64,000 nucleotides of DNA from positions 4,526,001-4,590,000 of the forward strand of contig OZ024763.1 in assembly GCA_964016885.1 (NCBI GenBank), written 5' to 3'. A model generated the notes under the pieces. It searched no databases, was not told where the DNA came from, and saw only the letters and a program-made list of their open reading frames with translations. A program made the position numbers and the translations under genes. This document shows, in pieces, positions 39,701-52,991 of this stretch. The DNA is from Eledone cirrhosa (Eukaryota). Positions within the stretch are counted from its first letter, which is position 1, and every line of letters begins with the position of its first letter.

Positions 39701-41099
39701 ATATAACAGTTATTTTAAATAAATGGTGCTGATAAAACATACTGATAAACCTCAATTGTATTTCTAATGTTAATCCACCGAGAAGATGCTTTAAGTTGAA
39801 CTACATAAAGGTACCTCCTTCCCCCCTACAAAAAATAACAACTAAAACAAAAACAAAACTATTAAAAATAAATAAACTAATTCTGAAACTAACATTTAAT
39901 TTTACTCATGCATTATTTATATTTTCAGACATGAAATTTTGTCTCTAAAATAGTGTTTTAATTTACAAAATTGAACAAAATGAATTATTCTTCTAGCCAA
40001 TAGCATTTTCTAATATCTATGGAAATGTTTCTGAGGTTTGTTATTTCAAACTAAAAATCACAAATTTCGAGAAAAACTATGTCAAATATCTTCTTGAAAA
40101 GATGGGCTTCCGACACCTAAATACAAAACTGTGGCTGACAATCACAAACATACATGCGCTTCCAGTTCACTCAGTTGAAATTTAAAAGAGAAACATTTCC
40201 ACCAGCAACAATAACTTGGAGTTAATCTCTGCATTGGATTGGCTTGGAGCCCAGTCCGGAGGTTGGGGGGGGGGGGGCTTTTCATAATAGAACTGGGACT
40301 CCTATCATTAAAACACCCCTGAAAAACATCTCATGAGGTATACAGTAAGGAGCCAGCTTAACAGTGAGCTGTAACAACTTGACAGGACTGAGGCCTTGAT
40401 CATCAAAACACCTGAAAAAGATATGAGATGGGACCTCTTATGGCGTCTGTTAAATCTACTAAGGTGAAGGTTTAAAACAGCAGCATTATAAGAATGGAGG
40501 CCCTATAATTAAAACACACAAGAAATACTTTATGAGCTACATATCAGAATAAGAAACAGTATACTAGTTTGTAGTAATACTAATGAACCTCATAGGAAAA
40601 TTGCAAGATAGTTGTTTATTTTTAGTCATACATTTTAATAAAAAGATTTTATTAAAAGCAAATTTCTGTTTTTAATTTCATTTCTGCTTGTCTATGCAAT
40701 CGATATTATCCAATATTTTGTTTTACCTCTCTAAAATCAAGATATTTTTTGGCCCCCAAAGTGAATTGCTTTTTAAAATCGATCAATAGCCTCTCGGAAT
40801 TATTAAAATCGATCTGTTGAAATATTTCTTTAATGGTTATACTGTCTGCACACTTTATAAAATGGGATTCTGCATTTTCTTCAAATGGCGTCAACTCAGT
40901 ACATTACGAAGAAAATGTTCTGTAATTGGAATAAAATCTATCTGTCTATTGCACTATAGTATAGCTGTTGCATATTTCGTGTAAAACGTCGGTCACGCTA
41001 GAAAGGGGATCGTAAGAGAGTTTATGCACGCGTTAGAGATACAGAGGGATAGAGAGAAACAGTGTTGGCAGCAACACAGAATCTTTTAAACACTTGACG

Positions 41100-41134
<35 letters not shown>

Positions 41135-41460
41135 TTATATCAAAGTTTAATGGGCTTCCACTGATGATTTATAAACGCCCACCTAAATATATTCTTACAT
41201 GAATGTATATTAGGCTTCTACATAAACTGGAAATATTCTCCCAATTTGTAGAAAACTTATAATGAAACAATTGTTTGGAAAGAGAGATGTATTTTAACTT
41301 TAATTATATCTCATAAAATAATACAACTGGCTTTTCCACATAATACATATTGTTAGCACCCCAAACACTTAAATTGGGTTTATATTAAAATATAACCTAA
41401 TGTTTGTTGAGTGAGATGGTTACCAGTCAGAGTTTAGCTTTAAACTATCTGTTATTGTAT

Positions 41461-41579
<119 letters not shown>

Positions 41580-41596
41580 TGTGAGTGTGTATATAT

Positions 41597-42566
41597 ATTA
41601 GCTGAATGACCGGTCGTTGCTCGGGTTACTGCTGTTCTTATTCGGATTAGTAAACAATAAATATGAGGATATTTTTTTTTCTCATAATTATTTCAAGATA
41701 TCTATATTTATAAAAAAAAAAATAGCAAAATTGTAATGATAATACAATTTAGAAATGAAAATCTGTCAATCTTGAAACACCTCAAAGTAAACAATATTCA
41801 TTGTGTGAATTTTTGTTGGTGTCCAAATGAATAAATTGTTGCTGCTTCCAACTTGTCAGCAATTAACACAGAGTTGACCGTGGGAGAAACATGTAGTAGA
41901 GAGATCAAGTCCAACTACCTTCAGGGATTGACCCTGAGATTTGTTAATTGAAATAACAGAACTTAGTTGGACTGGAAACTGAAGCCTCTTAAATTCAAAT
42001 GGAACAGCTATAGGTATGAGAGGAAATTTTAGAATAAAGACATTTTCTTTTTCAATATTGTAACCAAATAAGTATCAACATCCCAAAGAAATATATATTA
42101 TTATATTTAAATCCGGTGTAAATTAACCAAATTTAAGCAAATGAATTAACTGCTAATTTAAATAACAGACACTCACACATACACTTATAAAAAAAGCCAC
42201 ACATACATACATTCATACAAACACACATAGTTTCACCCATGAACAGATACACATACACTCACACAAAATTATAAAAAACACACACAGACATACATTCATA
42301 CAAACGCACACAATTTCACCCCGCCAGCGTTTATGTCAGTCGTTACAGAAATGTATGTATACTCACATACACTCACTCACACACATATACACTCGCACAT
42401 ACACTCACACACATATACTTGTCAGTCATCACATGTGAAGATGTGTGTGTGTGTGTTTAATTCTCTGTGTATATGATTAAATATTTACGTGAAGATGTAT
42501 GTATTTGTAACTTACTAAGGCCTAACGTACGTAACGAACGCGTACACACACACACACACGCACGCA

Positions 42567-42613
<47 letters not shown>

Positions 42614-42815
42614 GCAAAATGTGACGTCATCGTCGCCGTAGTGTTATAAAATGTCCGTTCAATATAGTTAACTATAGAAAGATTATTTTAGATAAAATGT
42701 TTTATTGTTTTATTCCAAATGAAAACAAAAAAAATACATGTTGTTAACTCCGGGCTCTAATACTATTACGTTGTAAAATTTGATTTGATTTGATTTGGTC
42801 GTTTATATATATAGA
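41597..42815 (-). mobile_element. Internally deleted Helitron retaining the RepHel helicase C-terminus
   Basis: Minus-strand 5' end TCTATATATATAAAC at 42815; 3' hairpin CCCGAGCAACGACCGG then CTAA. Minus 41845-42030 reads PFEFKRLQFPVQLSSVISINKSQGQSLKVVGLDLSTTCFSHGQL (Pif1-family motifs V/VI) with a stop. Confidence 0.88.
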
Positions 42816-43219
42816 TCATAGTTTCATGTGAGGAAGAATTCTTATTTGAACCACCAATAATTGAGGAATCCACCGCCATACTTTTCAGTGGGGTTTAATT
42901 CTTCAAAAGCTAAGAGAAATTGACCAAGAAATCATACATACTGTTTTATTTGCCGAGGTAGCATACTGGAATAAAAACGCGTGTAGTGTTACGTGATCAA
43001 AAATCCCCTACCAAATTAGAACTATGTGACAGGCTTATAATGTCGATAGAAATAGCAGCCAAAAGATAGCAGCATGTATGATTTTAGATTTAAGAAGTGG
43101 CCGAAACACACAAGAGCTCAGAATATATCCTTGAGCTTTCATAACAGGCGATATCGCGCGTGTCTGTAATTTCTTAGATACGGCATCTTTATTCATTTTA
43201 GTAATATATATAAAAGTTT

Positions 43220-43259
<40 letters not shown>

Positions 43260-43261
43260 TA

Positions 43262-43403
43262 TGGGTCCAGAAATAGCCGTCGAAACGGCTTGAGCTCTGC
43301 CGTCGGTGTCATACATTTTCCTATTACCCACTCTACTACCCTAAGTATTGAGTACTCTGGTGGTGCGTTATGGTCCATCTGGTTCTTTACCACAACCCCT
43401 TCG

Positions 43404-43410
<7 letters not shown>
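43262..43410 (+). mobile_element. Family X copy with HHR 3' half
   Basis: GCCGTC-GAAA-CGGC-TTGAGCTCT-GCCG-TC-GGTGTC then the family body; (TA)n on both sides. Confidence 0.85.
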
Positions 43411-43469
<59 letters not shown>

Positions 43470-44379
43470 CGAAGGGGTTATATATATATATATATATATA
43501 AACATATGCGGAGTTTTATTACAGATAATTGTGTTTTTCTATTTCAAAGCAATGAATGGTTATTCTTCGTAGATTCCATATTTTCAAAGTTCGATCTGAA
43601 ATGAAATTTTGCAATCTCTTCAAATGAGAGGAAGACAATACCATTTGAGAGAAAAAAATAATAATAGTAAAATATTTTCCATATTTGAAAATTGAATTCG
43701 AGTCACCGAATGGGTTTTCTCATGAATTCTAAATTTCCAAAATCCATTATGCATGTTGTTTACCGGAATTACATGTAAAATATCTAAAAACTATAAAAAA
43801 TAAAATGAAAATATGTTCTTTCATTTAATATTTAAGTATTTTAAACTTGAGGCAAAATTTTATAAAGATCATCAACATCCTACTTCAAACCAACGATCAT
43901 ATAATCCTTTGTATGATAAACATTTTTTCTTGTCAAAATTTCTACGAAAAACAGGATTTCAGTGAAACACGCAATATTTAATGCTTAGAACTTACACAAA
44001 GTTAACAAACTTGTACCAGGAATCGAACTCTTTCACTAAGGTGTAGAGTCGTCTTTTTTTCAAAACACATGCAGATATTGATTTTTAAATGAAGCAGAAT
44101 ATCAGCAAATTATAAGGAAGGGCAGAGTTGATAAATCAACCCCCAATACATGACTGTTAACAACCCTAGAAGGATCAAAGGTAAAGTTGATTAAATCAAC
44201 CCCAGTACTTGACTGGTACTTTATTTTATCGACCCTGGAAGGATAAAAGACAGAGTTGACCTCAGTGAGATTTGAATTCAGAATGTAAAGAACCAGTACA
44301 AATAAGGCAATAGTATTTTATCGGACCCTCTAGCAATTCTGTCAACTAACTGCCCGAAACAGACGCAGATATAAACATT

Positions 44380-44881
44380 AATTGTTTCTACTTTAGGCAC
44401 AAGGCCAGCAAATACCCAGTTCATTACTGGTACTTTATTTTATCGACTCCGTAAGGATGAAAGGCAAAGTCAACCTCGGCGGGATTTGAACTCAGATCGT
44501 AAAGAGACGTAACTATGCTGGAAAGCATGGCGTCCGACCCTCTACCGATACTGCCAATCCACCGCCCTAACATGGTGTCCGACCCTCTACCGATACTGCC
44601 AATCCACCGCCCTAGCATGGCGTCCGACCCTCTACCGATACTGCCAATCCACCGCCCTAGCATGGTGTCCGACCCTCTACCGATACTGCCAATCCACCGC
44701 CCTAGCATGGCGTCCGACCCTCTACCGATACTGCCAATCCACCGCCCTAGCATGGCGTCCGACCCTCTACCGATACTGCCAATCCACCGCCCTAGCATGG
44801 TGTCCGACCCTCTACCGATACTGCCAATCCACCGCCCTAGCATGGTGTCCGACCCTCTACCGATACTGCTAATCCACCGCC
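44380..44881 (-). mobile_element. SINE with 8 x 45-bp amplified head inside one TSD
   Basis: TSD GATATAAACATTAAT at 44368 and 44882; unit CATGG(C/T)GTCCGACCCTCTACCGATACTGCCAATCCACCGCCCTAG. Confidence 0.92.
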
Positions 44882-45142
44882 GATATAAACATTAATAAAA
44901 GAAAGTGATAGACAAAGACAGCTTTACAACTGTTAAATGTCTGTTGAATATGTTTGTAGATTCCGTGTATTGGAAAATCTTGTTTACGTTTGGTAGATCC
45001 TTCACAATATACGGCACCTCTAGCATTGCTAGTGTTTTAAATGACCACTTTTAAAACGTTCTCTCTTTCCTTCTTTCTGTTTTCTTTTTCTTTATCCCCC
45101 CTCCCCCTATATATATATAATATAAAAGAAAGATGTGTGTTA

Positions 45143-45346
45143 GTTGGTTGGTTGGTTGGCTGGTTGGCTGGTTGGTTGGCTGGTTGGCTGGCTGGTTGGT
45201 TGGTTGGTTGGTTGGCTGGTTGGTTGGTTGGTTGGTTGGTTGGTTGGTTGGTTGCTTGGTTGGTTGGTTGGCTGGCTGGCTGGTTGGTTGGTTGGTTGGT
45301 TGGTTGGTTGGTTGGTTGGTTGGTTGGTTGGTTGGCTGGTTGGTTG
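45143..45346. repeat. (TTGG/CTGG)n tetranucleotide microsatellite
   Basis: Direct inspection. Confidence 0.95.
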
Positions 45347-46418
45347 AATCACACGAAAACTACACACACACATCCAAAAATAGAGAGAGAGAGACAGAGA
45401 GAGAGAGAGAGGGGGAGGCAGAAAGAGAGAGATAGGCCGTTATAGAGAGATATACAATTAAAGTGTTAGATTATTTAGAGAGAGAGGGTGGCGTGCCACA
45501 AAAGTATCAGTGGAAGGTTTAACAATATTGCGTTAGCTTTTATAAAGTCGTTTTACAGAACAAAGAAAAATTATTATTTGAAATTAATCAACCCTCCATC
45601 TTTTATCCCTATACTACTTACAGTCCGTACTAACGAAGCAACACTTCAGAAGCAATGTTATGCGGTATATTGCTGTGTTTCAGATGACGTCCTTTGGAGC
45701 TGAAAAAGATCATACTGACTATGGTTATTTCACAACACTATGGTTATCTCTCTCTCTCTCTCTCTCTTCCTTAGTCAGCTTGCTGCTTCTATTCTCGGAA
45801 CTTTCCTGGTCTGGAAAAATTATATTTATGGTTGGAAGACTCTGGCCAATATATTGAAACTAATTGTTATAAAGATCAGTTTTAAAATATTCCCTACTCT
45901 GTCCCACATCCTCTCTCTGTCTCTCAGACTGGTAGCCTTTTGTTGGCTGTCATATAATATTTGGCTCTACCTGTGTGTAATAATCTAACTTTTACAATCA
46001 TTTTGCTGTTTGTCGAATATTTAAGGTTTGTTGTGTTTTCTTCTTCTTCAGAAAATTGCCCAGAATGAGGCAAGAGAATAAATAAGGAAAACTAAAAACA
46101 AAGCAAATGATATTCACTTCCTAATGGTTCATTACGCACAGAAAATAATCACTGAAGCCTCAAAAACTAAAGTTAGAAATTCTAACTACGTTAGAATTTC
46201 TAAAGTATATATTTTATCATTAGATTTAACAGGATTTCTATTTTATTATACATCTCTGTCGGGTTTAGATAGATGTAAACACCTTATTTTTATAGACACA
46301 AAAATCTTCTATTAGGTACAGCGTCGGTCAAAATCTCTAGATATACTCTATAGTGCAATAGGTACAAATGCGTTTACATAATGATTTGTTTAAAACTATA
46401 AATATATTCTGGTGTGCA

Positions 46419-46465
<47 letters not shown>

Positions 46466-46515
46466 TAAACAAATAATGAATAAACAATTCCTTATATTAA
46501 ACAAAAAAAGTTCAT

Positions 46516-46659
46516 TATTTAACGATCGTTTCTAGGATATATATGTGTTAGAGTTGGCATGCATATTCAACAGATCTATGTACAAAATTATACAAAATTA
46601 TACAAACTATCAAGATTAAATATATATACCAACACATATATACGCCGTCTTCAGAAATA
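46516..46659 (-). ncRNA. Type I hammerhead ribozyme with very long stem/loop II
   Basis: Minus strand: TATTT-CTGAAGA-cggcgTATATATGTGTTGG...CTAACACATATATAtccta-GAAA-CGATCG-TT-AAATA. Confidence 0.68.
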
Positions 46660-47058
46660 TCCTAGAAACGATCGTTAAATAATGAACTTTTTTTGTTTAA
46701 TATAAGGAATTGTTTATTCATTATTTGTTTAATATTTTATCTTGACTCTGTATACCGTTTATCTTTCACCGAAAGTGATTTTTCATTACATTTCTTCTTT
46801 CCATGATATCCGGAATACATTGAGTTCTTCATACGGATTGGACACTACCGTAAACTCTTGGTAGATTTATCTACATATATATATATATATATATATATCA
46901 CTGATGAAGGACTATTTTTTTTCATATGTAACCCATGTGCAACCACGCAGCACTCAATTCTTCTATATATATTTTTTTATCCTACATTGAAACGTTCGTA
47001 GAGTAAAATAATGTTGTAAATATAGGATATATATTGGAAAACCCTAATATAACCTAAC

Positions 47059-47097
<39 letters not shown>

Positions 47098-47103
<6 letters not shown>

Positions 47104-47433
47104 ATGATATTAATAAATGGAAACTATATTTATAAAACCATATTTATTCTATTTTATATATTTCAAGGGTACCAAAGTACGCTCTCATCAGATAAAATAC
47201 AAAGTTTGTTTTATAAATATTGACATATCCAGGAATGAGACCTCAACGGTTCAAGTTTTACCTGGATTGGTAAAACTTGAACCGTTAAGGTCTCATTCCT
47301 GGATATGTCAATATTTATAAAACAAACTTTGTATCTTATCTGATGAGAGCGTACTTTGGTACCCTTGAAATATATAAAATAGAATAAATATGGTTTTATA
47401 AATATAGTTTCCATTTATTAATATCATTGATAT
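47098..47433. mobile_element. Near-perfect palindrome (~165-bp arms, 6-nt loop) of a PLE terminal repeat, one HHR-like core per arm
   Basis: About 2 mismatches between the arms. CTGATGA-GAGCGTACTTTGGTACCCTT-GAAA-TATATA is at 47340 (+) and mirrored at 47150-47199 (-). Stem III is shortened, so it may be inactive. Confidence 0.9.
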
Positions 47434-47470
47434 TATACTCCAGCGTATATTTTAATGTGTTGCCTGATCA

Positions 47471-47504
<34 letters not shown>

Positions 47505-47509
<5 letters not shown>

Positions 47510-47685
47510 TCGGAACCCCGACAGCTGAACTCCTTCCGTTTCAACAGCTAGATCCGAACTAAATCTGTTCGGATCTAGCTGTTGAAACTGCAGGAACTCA
47601 GCCGCCGGGGTCCCGAATTTTTCATATTACCCACTATACTACCCTAAGTAATGGTCTAACTGGTCTTTACCGCTTCCATTGTGAT
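47505..47685 (+). mobile_element. Diverged family X relative with fold-back
   Basis: Palindrome 47505-47621 (TTTCAACAGCTAGATCCGAAC-TAAATCT-GTTCGGATCTAGCTGTTGAAA) followed by ATTACCCACTATACTACCCTAAGTA. Confidence 0.75.
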
Positions 47686-47885
47686 ATATGTATATCTGTA
47701 TATGTGTGTATATGTGTGTGTATATATTAATATGTATATAAATATAGACACACGTGACATTTTAATGGTTGATTTTATCAATTACTGTACACTTCAGTCC
47801 TATTAGCCTAGGATTTGCTGATTAGGTTTCATAAGGTCTAAAGTTGCCTAAATTTGTCTCCCCTATTTGCTGAAATGATTGAAAT

Positions 47886-48073
47886 AATTGTTTCTACTTT
47901 AGGCACAAGGCCAGCAATTACCCAGTACATTACTGGTACTTTATTTTATCGACCTCGTAAGGATGAAAGGCAAAGTTAACCTCGGCGGGATTTGAACTCA
48001 GACTGTAAAGGGACGTAACTATGCTGGAAAGCATGGCGTCCGACTCTCTACCGATACTGCCAATTCCCCGCCC
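47886..48073 (-). mobile_element. Full-length SINE with 19-bp TSD CTGAAATGATTGAAATAAT
   Basis: TSD at 47870 and 48073. Confidence 0.92.
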
Positions 48074-49046
48074 TGAAATGATTGAAATAATATCGGTTAT
48101 CTGCCTTTGTAATAAACATTTTATTCTTCTGGTAATTTCTCTGATTCTCATGACAATAAATGTGTTTCCACTAACTTCAACATGCCATATGTCTATGCCG
48201 AGAAATGGCGTGATTCTCTAATTTATTCATTAATTGGTTTGTTTTGATTAAAAGAAGAATATTTATAAATTAGTTCAGAATTTTAAAAGAAATCAGAGAA
48301 ATAAAATTTTTCTTTGATTCAAATAATTAAAAAACATTTCTTTTGATGTAGGATTTCTTTTTAAAATCTATTAATGAGTCAGTTTTGTCCGCCAGAAATT
48401 TACTTCAAGAAATAAAGACATAATTTCTATAATAATAATTATTATTTCTGATTTTGGCATTTGAGTGTGTCTGGCAAGATCCTCTGTTAATATGTTTTAG
48501 TCTTTTATTCGGCGGCGTATGCTAGGGCAGATGTAGCGAAGGAGTCGACAAATAGAGAGATGCTGTGCTGAAAAAGACCTGTCCATTGCAAGTGTGGAAC
48601 AGGGAGGGAGGTGGGGGTGATGTCAATGTCGACGACGATGACGATGATGATAATGATGTGAAATACTTTTGAAAGAAAGTAGTGGTTAGTTTCCATATTC
48701 GGGCTATAAAAACTATAAAAAACAGACAGTACAAAGTATTTGTAGAACTGTCTTCAGGTGAATTATTCATCAAATATGAGATTACATGAGATAGAGTTTT
48801 AAACGTCTACCATTACATATTGGTTGCATACGGACAAATAAATGAATAATTAATAGAGAGCTATTATAGCAGATTTGTACATGTAATAAATATATGAATA
48901 ATATGTGAATACTTTTATATTAACTATCAAAATATTAAATAGGACTTTAGAATACTTTAGAATGTATCTATGTATGTATGTATGTATGTATGTATGTAGG
49001 AATATAAAAAACAACAACGCAGGAGTACAAGTATATTATATATATA

Positions 49047-49091
<45 letters not shown>

Positions 49092-49110
49092 TATATATAT
49101 ATATTATAGA

Positions 49111-49285
49111 AGGGCGGTAGATTGGCAATATCAGTAGAGGGTCGGACGCCATGTTTTCCAGCATAGTTACGTCCCTTTACGATCTGAGGTTGACTTTGCC
49201 TTTCATCCTTACGGGGTCGATAAAACAAAGTACCAGTAATGCACTGAGTAATTGCTGGCCTTGTGCCTAAAGTAGAAACAATTAT
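49111..49285 (+). mobile_element. SINE copy with internal deletion removing the B-box
   Basis: GATCTGAG|GTTGACTTTG joins across a GAG microhomology. Confidence 0.85.
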
Positions 49286-49308
49286 ATATATATATATTAT
49301 ATATATAT

Positions 49309-49361
<53 letters not shown>

Positions 49362-49382
49362 ATATATATATATTATATAGTT

Positions 49383-49775
49383 ATGAATCTTGGGAAATGA
49401 CCGAAAGAATACAATCCCAAATACAAGCGGCTGATATGGGGGTCCCTCTGAAGGGTCTTTAAAGTAACGTTACTTTATAGAGTGCATAGCTTGGAGATCA
49501 GAGTCGCTCTAGGCCGAACCGCTACTTCTCCGAATTGAGAGATCATAACTCCGATATTACGGGAATGTGGTTAGGACGTTTCAGGAATGATTCACTGGAC
49601 AGATTTTACAGGCAAAACCAACAAGCCAGAGAGCCAGAGGTAGACTGCAAGATATTTGGATGACATTCATAAACTCGGCTGGTCTCGCTTGCTGATCCAG
49701 CCTGATCAGTTGGAGACGGTTGCTACTGACAGACCCTGCTGGAAGGCGTCCTTGAGTACTCTGCCCCTACGACTT
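49383..49775 (+). pseudogene. Decayed RTE LINE 3' fragment
   Basis: Homologous to 25935-26310 and 28655-28935 (YESWEMTERIQ...LGWSRLLIQPDQLETVATDRPCWK). Confidence 0.78.
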
Positions 49776-50737
49776 GACGCAGCTGAAGAGTCCTCCAACC
49801 CTTTGTTTGGAAAGCTTTTTATGGCTGGATACTCTTCCTATCCCCAACCGCTTTACAACGTCTACTGGGTGTGTTTAATCATGTAGATCACGAACATTGG
49901 GGGGAGGTTGTAACATTGTTGACATAACTGAAGGATCCTCTTAACCCTTTTAGGCAAAGTTTCTGCAGCGGGGTCCCCTTCCTCTCCCCAACCCTCTTAC
50001 AGGGTATACCAAGTGCTTTTTCGTAGCATCAACACTATTGAAGTTGTTGCTCAGTCCCAACTGAAGAGCGCTTTCTGGTGGGGTTTGGTGGGAGGAGTAT
50101 TATGGATGTATAACATGTATGATGCTATTTGACAGGGTGATGAGTGTGGAAAGGGAGGTATAGTGAGGTAGAGTGTAGCTGAGGAGGGGAAATAGGTGCA
50201 CATGGGTAAAGAGAGTACTGTATACATGATTGGAAGATCTAATAATATAACTAACACTATGTAGCTGGTGTTTGGAACATAACTCAACAAACGTTCTTAC
50301 ATAAAATTATAATGGAAAGTTGTTCTAGATAAAGATAAAAGTTTTAAATCTTCCATAACCATAGTTCTAATGAAAGTCTCTGACTGATTTTCAAATAAAT
50401 TTAATAATCAAGAATTTTGAGTAAGTTAGCAATATAACTAAATTTTCTCATTATCGAACTGGCGTTTGGAACGTAACTTAACAAAGATTCATACATAAAA
50501 CTATAGAAGAAGGTTTTTAGATACAAAACACTTTTGTTTTTATATTTCTAGGAAGATATACCTATGTGATTCTTTACACGGCATAGAATTCGTATAATGT
50601 AGTTTATGTCACAAAGTTCAATTAAGTTAACTAGTAAGAAAAATAAGAACATGATTAGGGGAGCAAGGAAAGACAGACATTTTATTCACATTAATTTTAT
50701 ATGCACACACGTATCTGTACACATATATATATTTGCA

Positions 50738-50792
<55 letters not shown>

Positions 50793-50905
50793 AATCAAAA
50801 AGAACAGAAAGATGCAGTAAAATAGATTTATTCGGTTCTAACGTACGTTTCAATAGACATCAATTTGCCTAGATCTCGATGCATCTATAATATTATATAT
50901 ATATA

Positions 50906-50974
<69 letters not shown>

Positions 50975-51111
50975 GTATACATACATATACATACTGATGT
51001 AGGTAGTAGAGTACATGCGCAGTAATGAACCTTAGCTACTACAAGAAATCTAATTTCACTGTACAAATTGTTTAATTCCTTCAGTGTAGTGCATTGCAGA
51101 CAGTACCTGAC

Positions 51112-51220
<109 letters not shown>

Positions 51221-51268
51221 ATATATAATATTGGATTGTATGTAGATAGATAGGAACATCTCAGTTTC

Positions 51269-51304
<36 letters not shown>

Positions 51305-52227
51305 TAGTAGCACAATGATCCTCTTTTCACACCTTTGTTGATTTAATTATTCCCGTTCAATCAGGTGTGTCATCGATATAGCCACGACAATTTCAGATTT
51401 GTTGATTCTGGATTTTCAGACCCTACTAACCCCTATCCAAACACACTCAGCTCTTCACCCTATATGTCTCGTTCCACTCTCTCAGGTGGAGTTTACACCT
51501 ATTCAGGATAAACTGATAACCAAATATAAATATTTAATTATCTATTCCGATATCGATTATTCTCTACCGTTCAGTTATTCCTTTCACCCCACCCCACCCC
51601 ACCTCATCTTCTCTATGTCTTCTCTTTCCCCACCTTCATCATTCTCTCCATTTTTCTGCTTTACCCTCCCCCATGAACATACATGTAAACATATATACAC
51701 ATATATATATATATACATGTCTACAGGTATTCATGCATATATGTATTTATGTATGTATGTAGAAAAAGAAAACGGATAAATATCCCATACCTCCTTGTGG
51801 AGTCATAGAGGCACCGTCATACGGCGTGCCTGGGGCTCATTTAAGCTTGGTAGAACCCAACCCTCTCCAGGTCTGAACACAGCCAATTTTTACTGTAGAG
51901 GAAGAATCGACCCCAGTACTGGACTGGTACTTTTTTTTTATCGACCTCCAAAGGATGAAAGGCAAATTTGACCTGGGCGGGATTTGAACTCAGAACACGC
52001 AATGAGGTGGGACGAATAACGTAAAGCATTCAATCCGACGACTTAACAACTCTACCCATTCGTCACCTTATATTTATGTATACATGTGATTCTATATGAA
52101 ACGAGGGAGTTTTTAGGTAACACTTCAGATAGCAAGGCAACAAAGCTGGGAAGGAAGGAATTGACAGAGATGAAGTAGGGAAGTAAAAGAACAACGACTG
52201 ATTGTTACTTTAATACTTTAGTAGTCA

Positions 52228-52375
52228 TAATTGTTTCTACGTTAGACACAAGGCCAGCAATTACCCAGTGTATTACTGGTACTTTATTTTATCGACCCCG
52301 TAAGGATGAAAGGCAAAGTTAACCTCGGCGGGATTTGAACTCAGAATGGCAAGGGCCGTAACTCTATGCGTCAAC
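52228..52375 (-). mobile_element. 5'-truncated SINE with TSD TACTTTAGTA(G/A)TCATAAT
   Basis: Consensus match plus flanking direct repeat. Confidence 0.88.
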
Positions 52376-52472
52376 TACTTTAGTAATCATAATATTTCAG
52401 ATATACCATACATAACCAAGGAGGAGCTGGGTAAGTAGAGTAATACACCTCGGAGATTGTTCTTTTTGGTCG

Positions 52473-52519
<47 letters not shown>

Positions 52520-52523
<4 letters not shown>

Positions 52524-52960
52524 AACCAGTAAGACCCCGACGGCTGAGCTCAAGCCGTTTCGACGGCTAATTCTGGACTAAATGAAAATTTATCCTGGTA
52601 TTTAAATAGCCGAGCTTCTCAAGGGGTAATTCCATATATGGTCAAAGTGATTGTCAAAAGTTAGTAGTAATTCTGTGATTGTAAATTAGTAGGAGAGATG
52701 GTGGCTAAACCTGCCAGTAGGAGAAAAAGTAGAGGGGGTGGAGTAGACCCAATCATGCGTTGGTAGTGCCAACATGGGCATGAGGTCAAAGAAGATACTG
52801 GGGAGGGGAGGGGGAGGAAGTCGAAACGGTAGGTAGAACAATGAGGGGTAAAAATATATATATGAAAGAAAAAATACTGAGAGTGATGAAAAGCGAATAA
52901 GTGTAAAGAAAAAAGAGTATAAAAGCAAGTTCTACGACCTAAGTCTCTGGCTATTGTTAG
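52520..52960 (-). mobile_element. Family X upstream portion with full but degenerate HHR (52534-52627)
   Basis: Minus strand: ACCCC-TTGAGAA-gctCGGCTA...TAGCCGtc-GAAA-CGGCTTGAGCTCAGCCG-TC-GGGGT. The core deviates from CUGANGA at two positions; a pyrimidine-rich tract lies upstream. Confidence 0.6.
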
Positions 52961-52991
52961 GCTAGATAAATAAATAATATTTATTTTCTGG

